NCBI GenBank assembly: GCA_045613985.1
Contig: JAZLCA010000072.1
Coordinates: 747 to 64,746, forward strand
Length of the DNA: 64,000 nt
Direction of reading: 5' to 3'
Source: Eubacteriales bacterium
Lineage (GTDB): Bacteria > Bacillota > Clostridia > Oscillospirales > CAG-272
Positions within the stretch are counted from its first letter, which is position 1, and each line of letters starts with the position of its first letter. The translations under genes and the position numbers were made by a program. Positions 49,001 to 55,585 of the stretch are shown in pieces. The notes under the pieces were generated by a model, which did not search any database, was not told the origin of the DNA, and saw only the letters and a list, made by a program, of their open reading frames with translations.

Positions 49001-51199
49001 AAAAGATATATAATGATACCGATAGTTACCATCCGGATCATAACCTGTATTATACGAACGTGATTGCCCTACGGCATTCAATGTTGGCAATGCTTTGACC
49101 GTACCTGTTCGACCTGCCCAATCACCGCTAGCATATTGCCGCATTAGCAATATTTCATCATTTCGATATTCCCAAGATGCATCAGTTCCAAACCCATACG
49201 TAGAACCACCAATTATATGGTACGTTGATGCTTGCGTGTTTTGGATTGCATAATAGAATTTCAACGTGTATTGCTTTCTCGAATAATACACATTAATAAC
49301 CGTAGTACCATCACCCGCAACTATTTTGGTCGCAGTATCTGACAAAGCAGACATATACGTGAGGTACGGATACAGAGAGTTAACGTCCGTTACTTCACCC
49401 GTAGTAAAGCCATTTGTCGTTGTAATAAATCTTTTTACACTATCCGTACTTGCATTTGCATCTGTAGCATCGCCTGTCTGCGCAGACTTATTAACGGTGT
49501 ACCATATATCGTAATTGGTCTTATTGGAGGAATCCGCACTGTCTGTGTTCTCCAGCCAATACGCAATGGTATAGGAGGTCGAAGCCTTCTCCCAATTTGC
49601 CTTATACTTCAGATTGTGATGCACGCGGACGGATTCGCCCGCCTGATCAAAAGACGCGTATTCGTTCCACGTGGTAGTCGTGTTAGAAATCTGAGTCTTG
49701 TTCTCATCGGTCACATCCTGCAATGACCAGCCGGTAAATTTATAACCCGGGGCCGTCGGTATTCCCTGCATAACCGTCGTATCGTAGCGTACGTATGCGG
49801 GCATGATACCGTAACCATCAACACCAAGCATCGTATCCTGCAGATCGTACTCGACAAGATAATATAAACGGTCGTAATACAGCTCAACCTCGGTGATTTC
49901 ACCGCCGCTGATCAAGGTCTTGGGGTCATAATACAGCGCTTCAAAGCCTGTTCTTCCGAGCGCCAAATTTTCGCCAACCATAGCCTCGGTATATCCCGGC
50001 ACACTTCGGGTATCTACCAAGGTGTAGCCGTCATCCAATAGATTTTGCTCGTAGATCAGTACAAGGAAGTACACCTGCTGTGGGATATAGTATACTGTGA
50101 CCTCTGTGTTAGTTGTTACACCGCTGAACGACACCGTATTGGCAGGGGAATACATCTTTCCGTCATACTTAATTGCACCATTCACACCCTCTGTAGCGGA
50201 GGGATCCTCCTGATACGGCAAATAACCGGGAACGGGGGGAGAAGTAATAGTACCGGTAAAGGACTGGCCGGCAGATGTATCTAGCGTAGCAGTAAACGAA
50301 CCGGCAGCAGTAGAACCGTCGACAGTTGCGTTATCTGCATGACGGAAAACGTAGTTAACAACGACATGAAACGCATCGGAAACAGCTCGAGACGTAGACC
50401 CACTCCTCGCATACTTCCCTGCGGGAATGCTTTCAGTTGTCTCCTCCGTCGGTTGTATGACCACAGGCGGCTCATCAGGAGCTACACTCGTATCCACGTT
50501 CAATGTCATCTCGCCGCTGACGTAACCGATTCCGTCCTTGGTGGCGACGCAGCGGATGGTGGCCGTGCCCGTTTCGTCGCACGCGTTGGCGATCAAAGCC
50601 TCGGAAATAGCCGCGTAGGGATAGTAATAATCGAGAATGTTAGCCCAGCGGTTATTCTCTTTGTCAATGAGCATTTGCCACTGATATCTTGCCGCGTCGC
50701 CAACCGCGCTGCCAAGCTCGGTAAAGACATAGGTCTTCTCGCCCGGCTCGATGACCAGCTCGCTGACAGTTTCGCCGTCCATAACAAGGCCGACCTGGCC
50801 CTCGATATAGCCTTCCTCGTTCTCGGGAGGCGCTGGCGGCGCAACGATCTCTACGTTGTAATTTTCTGTCCAGCAGTGCGTATTCAATACCGCATGCGAT
50901 GAGCCGTCAACAGTACCAAGCTTATAATAAACTTTGGTTGTCGAACCCCATGCCTTTGTTTCTACATCCAGAATCACAAGTATTTCAGGAAGCTGTGTCT
51001 TCTCACATCCCATAGCATACGATCCGGCTTCTCGATACATATAAATCATATCGTTGACAATTCGAACCGTTGAGCCGATAACACTCTCGGCATCATCCTC
51101 TGCCACGACATATATATTGACAGGAATAATGGTAAAAATCATTACAAGCGCCATGATCAGCGTCACTGCCCTTTTTCCCATTCCATTCATTTTTCTCAT
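46007..51199 (-). CDS. Giant secreted repeat protein (~1,730 aa): MucBP-like and Listeria-Bacteroides (Flg_new) repeats, C-terminal Cna-B/prealbumin-like module, no recognisable anchor
   Basis: AGGAGG 7 nt upstream of ATG 51199. Sec signal KRAVTLIMALVMIFTIIPVNIYVVA. Repeats FTGWSL.., FGGWYIDEAC..IKLYAKW, FAGWYYKENG..VIYAKW, FEGWYMYDST..TFYAKF. C-terminal LTIKNQ...GLPVGDYTVTLESAWSWRY. No LPXTG, TM, SLH or choline-binding repeats. Confidence 0.8.
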   Translation of the reverse strand: MRKMNGMGKRAVTLIMALVMIFTIIPVNIYVVAEDDAESVIGSTVRIVNDMIYMYREAGSYAMGCEKTQLPEILVILDVETKAWGSTTKVYYKLGTVDGSSHAVLNTHCWTENYNVEIVAPPAPPENEEGYIEGQVGLVMDGETVSELVIEPGEKTYVFTELGSAVGDAARYQWQMLIDKENNRWANILDYYYPYAAISEALIANACDETGTATIRCVATKDGIGYVSGEMTLNVDTSVAPDEPPVVIQPTEETTESIPAGKYARSGSTSRAVSDAFHVVVNYVFRHADNATVDGSTAAGSFTATLDTSAGQSFTGTITSPPVPGYLPYQEDPSATEGVNGAIKYDGKMYSPANTVSFSGVTTNTEVTVYYIPQQVYFLVLIYEQNLLDDGYTLVDTRSVPGYTEAMVGENLALGRTGFEALYYDPKTLISGGEITEVELYYDRLYYLVEYDLQDTMLGVDGYGIMPAYVRYDTTVMQGIPTAPGYKFTGWSLQDVTDENKTQISNTTTTWNEYASFDQAGESVRVHHNLKYKANWEKASTSYTIAYWLENTDSADSSNKTNYDIWYTVNKSAQTGDATDANASTDSVKRFITTTNGFTTGEVTDVNSLYPYLTYMSALSDTATKIVAGDGTTVINVYYSRKQYTLKFYYAIQNTQASTYHIIGGSTYGFGTDASWEYRNDEILLMRQYASGDWAGRTGTVKALPTLNAVGQSRSYNTGYDPDGNYRYHYISFNARYGADISNLWPCGVFNAADINFTNQYWSGGKALVSAWNGESRVKYTSDTTVNKGNQTIKGNYTELDENLLWNDTSVTDTTVTYACFWEGGANIDWSIPELYRYKIWLPVLDGVTYPTTKTINGFTYTAVLDTNNDNKIDYYLADCYDTCDDSTAGKQTHPAIVGYDKNESASFSYHVAGSYNDTEADSTTNNLGVTTAEATAISNMVGTGKTYKAAVVMNYFYTRQKYNLVYDDNNGKQISFEDDEGNRGVSYGTSLNTGAYKKADFGNTNYPNVFEANEATFGGWYIDEACQNAFSFDITMPAKNIKLYAKWITNKFSVEVYQQDPDQYPGATKYLDLTGANKVLFGASLFGQEPKDPVPPITEYIFAGWYYKENGEEKRFDFNTMPIKQDYVIYAKWTSHVPVEFTVYYKTKDANGDYTKDVAPPMKGKSLAGVSKEFFAKVGPDLDTTYQKGYFPTVRSHKLSMNAGESNVYTFHYDTSNAEIPYTVNHVFHNEEFADYLNGATTFTYFYEVYASKEGSAEITVRFDDSVTKANIVAAAKALGASTADAGKVWEIVTKLSPDAYQKDVILTTNAAANVIEFNWEDRGSTANVYIIHYTENLDGSYTRYSITTLMGTVGQFFSAGDYLLSKLSYGYSVDVTTVQTTTTTNGGAFSGTVPASATGVLSQGLVLSAYYPRKYVSYKVEHILPNGTTETEMFNQVKYGETKKVNAYGENENATNTVKIDKDVYTTISGESQTKSIVSDDYTFYFYYAYQTIYFKYQVMDIGTGTLDRYNEDVNLGSTAKGSTPTPAKGYIFEGWYMYDSTTSTYKKVDSSQADVSDGYIQPKALTAWATKEVTFYAKFVPTSLTIKNQLNTGGINPNPALDIWDQGFIYRIQGVSSSATVGVDVRVAVVSWGGDGQTILGLPVGDYTVTLESAWSWRYTDDVSSVALESPAQTLNKVVDESFVWEFTFDGTEIMNFSYSIPGPDVAGTTEETNSYYITDNAYSTQN

Positions 51200-51312
51200 T
51201 TGCAGTCCTCCTATACTCGACATTGAAGCGAAACTGCCTTATTTTAGCAAGCACAACTCGGAAATTGCGCTAAAATATCAATGCTTAAGAATTTACAGTT
51301 TAAAAAACATCT

Positions 51313-51334
51313 GGGAAATTCGTAGGAATTTCCC
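51313..51334 (-). terminator. Weak hairpin/attenuator between minor-subunit genes and the giant gene
   Basis: GGGAAATT (51313-51320) / AATTTCCC (51327-51334). On the minus strand it is followed by AGATGTTTTTT. Confidence 0.35.
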
Positions 51335-51356
51335 GGATATTTTATTTACTTCATAG

Positions 51357-51923
51357 TTAGGGTAACTTCTTCCAGTTACCATCTTTAAACGCGGCGCCCC
51401 AAGCGGTTTCAACCGCATCTTCAGGCACGCATTGAATTGCCTCAGCAAGAATCTGAACATTCAGTTCATATTCTTCGCTGGGAGGGGTAGATCCTGTCGT
51501 TACCATAATACCGCTAAGTACGGTTCCAACGGCAATTTGAGCACTACCATCTTTAACACCGTAGTAGTAACCGTCGCTCAACTGCGTTGCATTTGGTACA
51601 TTATACGACACGGCACTCGGATTGATATACCAAAGAGTTCCATCCGTTTTATGCTTCCAATTCACAACGATCGCGAAGCGAATATACGCGGGGATTCTGC
51701 TCTCGGCGGTGTGCCGTATGGAGTACGTACCGTCATGATTATCAACGACCTCAATACTAATTTGGCCCTCACCGGAAATATCCATCGAAACGTCTGTGTC
51801 AATATCCTTGACGTATTTGGCGTATACCGCACTGGCAACCGCACAAGAGATCACGCAAACAAGCAACAGAAGCAGCGGCAGTCTATCTTTGATATACATC
51901 AGAAGGCGTTTTCTTTTCGTCAT
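51357..51923 (-). CDS. SipW-cognate-signal exported protein, TasA/camelysin-like (minor subunit candidate B)
   Basis: 188 aa. N-terminal TM ending ..ASAVYAKYVKDID; IPAYIRFAIVVNW; terminal strand YELNVQILAEAIQ. The RBS AAGGAGG overlaps the stop of the upstream gene. Confidence 0.7.
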   Translation of the reverse strand: MTKRKRLLMYIKDRLPLLLLLVCVISCAVASAVYAKYVKDIDTDVSMDISGEGQISIEVVDNHDGTYSIRHTAESRIPAYIRFAIVVNWKHKTDGTLWYINPSAVSYNVPNATQLSDGYYYGVKDGSAQIAVGTVLSGIMVTTGSTPPSEEYELNVQILAEAIQCVPEDAVETAWGAAFKDGNWKKLP

Positions 51924-51934
51924 GTTGTGCCTCC

Positions 51935-52477
51935 TTAATCAATCTGCTCAACGTGGATGCGAAGTGTGGCCGGCTCGGTGATCTGTATGATCTCGCCGGG
52001 CATGGCACCCGAGGTTATTGTGAATGTAAGCGTATGCTCATCTTCCCTCGTACCGGTAGCACCAAAAGCACCTCCGTCGAAGGTAATCGTTTTTGTATCG
52101 GTATTTATGTCCTTCGGTAGACTATCTCCCAGTTTAATAGTCATCAGATCGTCCTTTACCCACTGCGTCATCTTTCCGGGAAGCACAAGAATAACATCAT
52201 ACTTCACCGCGACCTCGCTTGTGGAGACTACGACGAATTGGATCGAGTCCTGGCGCTTACCCGGATCAAAGAAATCCAATTCAATCTTCATTGGAACCGC
52301 GTCGACCTGCTGATAAGCCACGTCGAACTTTGCAACTCTGGCATCATCCGAGCCTTCGGCTCTGGAGATGAAGCGAGCGTACAGACCGCCTGTCATATGG
52401 GTACTGAACAGGACCAGCACAAGCATCACCAGACCGACGTAAAAGATAGGCGGTGTTCTTTTATTCGATTTTGCCAT
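51935..52477 (-). CDS. SipW-cognate-signal exported protein, TasA/camelysin-like (minor subunit candidate A)
   Basis: 180 aa. Signal ..HMTGGLYARFISRAEGSDDARVAKFDV (compare ARVAKWGF in the 205-aa protein), VKYDVILVL, terminal strand ATLRIHVEQID. Confidence 0.7.
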   Translation of the reverse strand: MAKSNKRTPPIFYVGLVMLVLVLFSTHMTGGLYARFISRAEGSDDARVAKFDVAYQQVDAVPMKIELDFFDPGKRQDSIQFVVVSTSEVAVKYDVILVLPGKMTQWVKDDLMTIKLGDSLPKDINTDTKTITFDGGAFGATGTREDEHTLTFTITSGAMPGEIIQITEPATLRIHVEQID

Positions 52478-52500
52478 AAAAGAACACCACCTTTCATATT

Positions 52501-53070
52501 TTATTCGTTCGTGTCGTTGTTCTTGGTTTGTTGCTTTAGTTTTTCAATTTCCCGCCGGATTTCTTCCAGTTGATCGTTATCCTTTTGCTTTTCCTTGTGG
52601 AAAGAACGCTCAAGCAGCCAGATGGCCGCCGCAAGAATAACAATAGTTCCGATGGGGGTTTTAATCAGATTGACAAGATAGCCTACCAGCGGAATATCGA
52701 ACACCAGCGCACCCTTGATCTGATCAAGGCTGATCGGGTCGTCGGGCGTGTTATTCGCATCGCCTTGTGTGACGATGCCCTCCTCGTCCATCGCAATGAT
52801 ACGGTGAACGACAGCGGTACGTCCGTCCTGAAAAACGACGATATCTCCCACGCCGTAGCTGTCGCGCTCGGCGATAAAGAGAAGATCTCCCGTGGATAGG
52901 CGAGGTTCCATACTACCCGACAGCACCACCGTCGCTCCCACGCCAAAAGGCATGGGAACGGCGTTGCCTGCCAAGCGTGATGCATTGATCGAATAGACGT
53001 TAATTCCGACGATCAAGGAAACGATCACGAGCAGAGTGATGCGTACAATCGTTTTAATTCTTTTTTTCAA
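52501..53070 (-). CDS. sipW: ER/archaeal-type signal peptidase I (S26B, SipW-like)
   Basis: 189 aa. N-terminal TM, SGSMEPRLSTGDLLFI (Ser), TAVVHRIIAMDEEG (His; no LepB Lys box), C-terminal TM plus a ~35-aa charged tail. TTG start at 53070, with GGAG 9 nt upstream. Confidence 0.8.
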   Translation of the reverse strand: MKKRIKTIVRITLLVIVSLIVGINVYSINASRLAGNAVPMPFGVGATVVLSGSMEPRLSTGDLLFIAERDSYGVGDIVVFQDGRTAVVHRIIAMDEEGIVTQGDANNTPDDPISLDQIKGALVFDIPLVGYLVNLIKTPIGTIVILAAAIWLLERSFHKEKQKDNDQLEEIRREIEKLKQQTKNNDTNE

Positions 53071-53086
53071 GGTTTACACTCCAGCA

Positions 53087-54361
53087 TCAGCCTTTGGTAA
53101 TGATGACCTTACCGCCGGCCGCGATAATATACTTTCTTGCCTCGGCGGAAACACCCTGCGTTTCGATGATGAACTTCTTGTTCACGTTCGCGGCATTTCT
53201 TGCCAGGATCTTCATTTGCTTGGTTTCGGGTTCCATCAGGCCCTTCTGCTTCAGAATAGCCAAAGTGATCTTGTCGCCGTCCTCGAAATGCTCGGCCAAC
53301 GTGTCGATGTTGATGTAAGCCATCTTACCGACAAAGCCTTCCTTCTTGGGAGGCGCCTTAGGCTTGGGCTTAGGCTTGGGTGCAGGAGGAGGAACCACAA
53401 CTACGGGTTCAGGCTCGGGCTCGGGTACGGGAGCAGGAATCACGACTACGGGTTCAGGTTCAGGTTCAGGCTCGGGCTCGGGAGCAGGAATCGGATCCTG
53501 GATCACAGGCGGGATGACCATAGGAATCTCGGTAGGATCGGGATCAGGCAGGAGCTCAGGTGCGGGATCGGGACGATCGCCTCTATCCTTGAGCAGCGAG
53601 AAGATCAAAAGAATGATGGCTGCGAGCAAGAGAATGATGAAGATGATCCAGGGCAGATTTCTGCCGCAGGAGGTTCTCCAGAAGTCGACGGATGCATCGG
53701 GATCGGTTTCGGCGATCACGTGGAGAGAGATTTTAATGCCGACGTCCTCGCCCTCGATATTGCCAAGGAAGGTATCGTACTCGTCATCTCCCGTTTCAAA
53801 GGGCCAATTCCAGTGGAGCTTATAGTCCTTCGACTCATCAACGCCGATCGAAGCACTGTCAGATACGCCGTTGAGCTCTGCTCTGTCAGCCCATTCGGAG
53901 CCTTTGCCGGTGCCAACGATATTCTCGCTGTCGGGGCCAAGCAGCCAAAACTTCATGGGAAGCTCGTACTGGCCGATCAGCTCAGCCTTGATCGTCAGAG
54001 TATAGCGCAGAGGAAATTTCTCCTTGTTGCGCAAGCAGATGGTAAAATCGTCGGCGGTGCCGGGGGCAACCACACGGGTGCCGTCCGAGCTTTCGACGGT
54101 AATATCACCGGCTTTGTTTTTATATATAAGTGAAAACAGCTCGGTCTCTTCGTTCAGATTCGACTTCAGCATGACCTCGCGGTTGTCCTCTTTGGCGTAG
54201 CGCCCAAGGCGAATACCCAAAAGGATGATACTCAAAATGAGCAGGATTACCAAAATGACCATGGCAACCCAGAAGGTGCCGCCGACACCGAATATGGATT
54301 TTTTTTCTTTTTTCTTTTCTTTTTCAGTATCTTTTATTTCAGTATCTTTTACGTCAGACAA
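53087..54361 (-). CDS. Two-TM protein: TasA-like ectodomain + Pro-Glu/Pro-Lys linker + cytoplasmic uL15 C-terminal-domain homologue
   Basis: 424 aa, TTG start at 54361 (GGAGG 8 nt upstream). TM1 ends RLGRYAKED. The ectodomain shares VVAPGT.., HWNWPFETGDDEYDTFLGN and LHVIAETDP with the 205-aa protein. Then TM2 and a PEPEPE/PKPKPK linker. C-terminus INIDTLAEHFEDGDKITL...MKILA...GVSAEARKYIIAAGGKV. Confidence 0.75.
   Translation of the reverse strand: MSDVKDTEIKDTEKEKKKEKKSIFGVGGTFWVAMVILVILLILSIILLGIRLGRYAKEDNREVMLKSNLNEETELFSLIYKNKAGDITVESSDGTRVVAPGTADDFTICLRNKEKFPLRYTLTIKAELIGQYELPMKFWLLGPDSENIVGTGKGSEWADRAELNGVSDSASIGVDESKDYKLHWNWPFETGDDEYDTFLGNIEGEDVGIKISLHVIAETDPDASVDFWRTSCGRNLPWIIFIILLLAAIILLIFSLLKDRGDRPDPAPELLPDPDPTEIPMVIPPVIQDPIPAPEPEPEPEPEPVVVIPAPVPEPEPEPVVVVPPPAPKPKPKPKAPPKKEGFVGKMAYINIDTLAEHFEDGDKITLAILKQKGLMEPETKQMKILARNAANVNKKFIIETQGVSAEARKYIIAAGGKVIITKG
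53345..53495 (-). repeat. Imperfect tandem nucleotide repeats encoding the PE/PK linker
   Basis: Units CACAACTACGGGTTCAGGCTCGGGCTCGGGTACGGGAGCAGGAAT (53396-53440) and CACGACTACGGGTTCAGGTTCAGGTTCAGGCTCGGGCTCGGGAGCAGGAAT (53441-53491), plus GGCTTRGGCTT repeats at 53358-53380. Confidence 0.7.
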
Positions 54362-54534
54362 GAGAATTTCCTCCGTTGATGTGATGTTTCGTTTGAGCGT
54401 GTATCGTACTCATGCCTTCTCCTGTGGGAGAAGGCTCGGTAAGGCGAGTGAGAACAAGCAATTTTTCGCTTTTGGCGGCGTTTGACGCGGGTCAAACACC
54501 CTCAAAGGGGAAAAATTCGGGTAACCAATATTCA

Positions 54535-54565
54535 ACCGCCGCCCCGGCCACGACGGGACGGCGGT
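54535..54565 (-). terminator. GC-rich hairpin 48-78 nt downstream of the 205-aa subunit gene (partial terminator or stabiliser candidate)
   Basis: ACCGCCGCCCC (54535-54545) / GGGACGGCGGT (54555-54565), 10 of 11 bp. On the minus strand it is followed by TGAATATTGGTT, with no clean T-run. Confidence 0.4.
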
Positions 54566-54612
54566 GAAAAATGGCTTAAAGTACTATGTACTTAATATAA
54601 CTAATTCGTGGA

Positions 54613-55230
54613 TTAGTTGTCAAGCTGGGTAGCAACAAAGGTAAACTCAACCTGAACCTTCAGTTCGCCGTTGTTACCAAGCTCAGTATCGATAACATCC
54701 GAGCCATCCTCGAAAGCCCAACGCCAAGAAACAACGAGAGTCTTATTCTCTGCGGCAGGAAGAGTATTGGCACCGTAGGTCTTGTCGTACATGCCGTTAA
54801 TAGCTGCCTGAAGTGCAGCGAAATCACCCCAAGATGCGGGATCAGTACCGTCGCCAAGTGCCCACTCAATCTGTGCAAACAGCGTATCATTAGTATTAGC
54901 AGCAACGATGTTAACATCAGCATTGAAGGAATACTTAACTTCGGGAGCTGTCTGAGCGCTAGGAATCAATTCAATTTCATAAGTATTGGTAGTACCGGGA
55001 GCAATAACCATGTCGGTATTGTTGGAATCTACTGCACCGCCATCATACAGATCCTTAAACAGCTCAACGGTAAGCGAAGTGGTTTCGAAGCCCCACTTAG
55101 CAACACGAGCCTGGTCAGTACCGTAAGCCTCGGTAACGTACTTAGCGAACGTACCGGAGATAGCGCAGGTGGTCAGGAGAACTGCAACCAGAAGAGCGGA
55201 AGCAAGTCTCATCATTTTGTTCTTTCTCAT
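54613..55230 (-). CDS. SipW-cognate-signal exported protein, TasA/camelysin-like (major subunit candidate)
   Basis: 205 aa. Signal MRKNKMMRLASALLVAVLLTTCAISGTFA|KYVTE (compare TasA GGGTWA|AFND). ARVAKWGF, VIAPGTTNTYEIEL, SWRWAFEDGSDVIDTELGN, FTFVATQLDN. AAGGAG RBS, its own 355-nt leader and a downstream hairpin. Confidence 0.75.
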   Translation of the reverse strand: MRKNKMMRLASALLVAVLLTTCAISGTFAKYVTEAYGTDQARVAKWGFETTSLTVELFKDLYDGGAVDSNNTDMVIAPGTTNTYEIELIPSAQTAPEVKYSFNADVNIVAANTNDTLFAQIEWALGDGTDPASWGDFAALQAAINGMYDKTYGANTLPAAENKTLVVSWRWAFEDGSDVIDTELGNNGELKVQVEFTFVATQLDN

Positions 55231-55406
55231 AAGAAAAAACTCCTTTCAAATTTTTTTGCCTTGCGGCGGTTTCATTCTTCCCTGTAGTGTTATGCGGGGA
55301 GAGAATATTTGCCCGGCAATGCCGGATTTTTTTTGCGGCAACGCCGCGGCAATTTATATTCACCCCCGAAACGTGGCTTCCGAGGGAAGAATAACTGAGT
55401 TAGGGG

Positions 55407-55426
55407 ACTGTAGTAAACACTACAGT
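55407..55426. promoter_or_regulatory. Perfect 8-4-8 palindrome, candidate TetR operator upstream of the major subunit gene
   Basis: ACTGTAGT-AAAC-ACTACAGT. The 15-mer AGTAAACACTACAGT (55412-55426) recurs exactly at 57103-57117. A half-site CCTGTAGTGTTA lies at 55281-55292. Confidence 0.55.
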
Positions 55427-55476
55427 TTGGGTATAATAAAAAGCGGAGCGCTTTTTGAGAGACTGTCGAGGGAACA

Positions 55477-55507
55477 CTCGCTGTGGGAAAAAGATTCCCA
55501 CAGCGAG
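55477..55507 (-). promoter_or_regulatory. 12-bp perfect hairpin in the sipW2-to-subunit intergenic leader
   Basis: CTCGCTGTGGGA (55477-55488) / TCCCACAGCGAG (55496-55507), 7-nt loop. Confidence 0.35.
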
Positions 55508-55530
55508 AATATAATCAATAGAGGTTGATT

Positions 55531-55574
55531 GCATAAGAAAGCGCCTGCTTTCTTATGCAAATGGACGTCCATTT
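55531..55574 (-). promoter_or_regulatory. 12-bp perfect hairpin plus adjacent 16-nt palindrome just after the sipW2 stop
   Basis: GCATAAGAAAGC-GCCT-GCTTTCTTATGC (55531-55558), immediately followed by AAATGGACGTCCATTT (55559-55574). Confidence 0.35.
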
Positions 55575-55585
55575 GCGCGCTTTCC

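Noticed and set aside
53346-53825. 159-aa Gly/Ser-rich plus-strand ORF
   Set aside because: It is the antisense reading of the PE/PK-linker repeats of the 424-aa gene and is a repeat-driven artefact.
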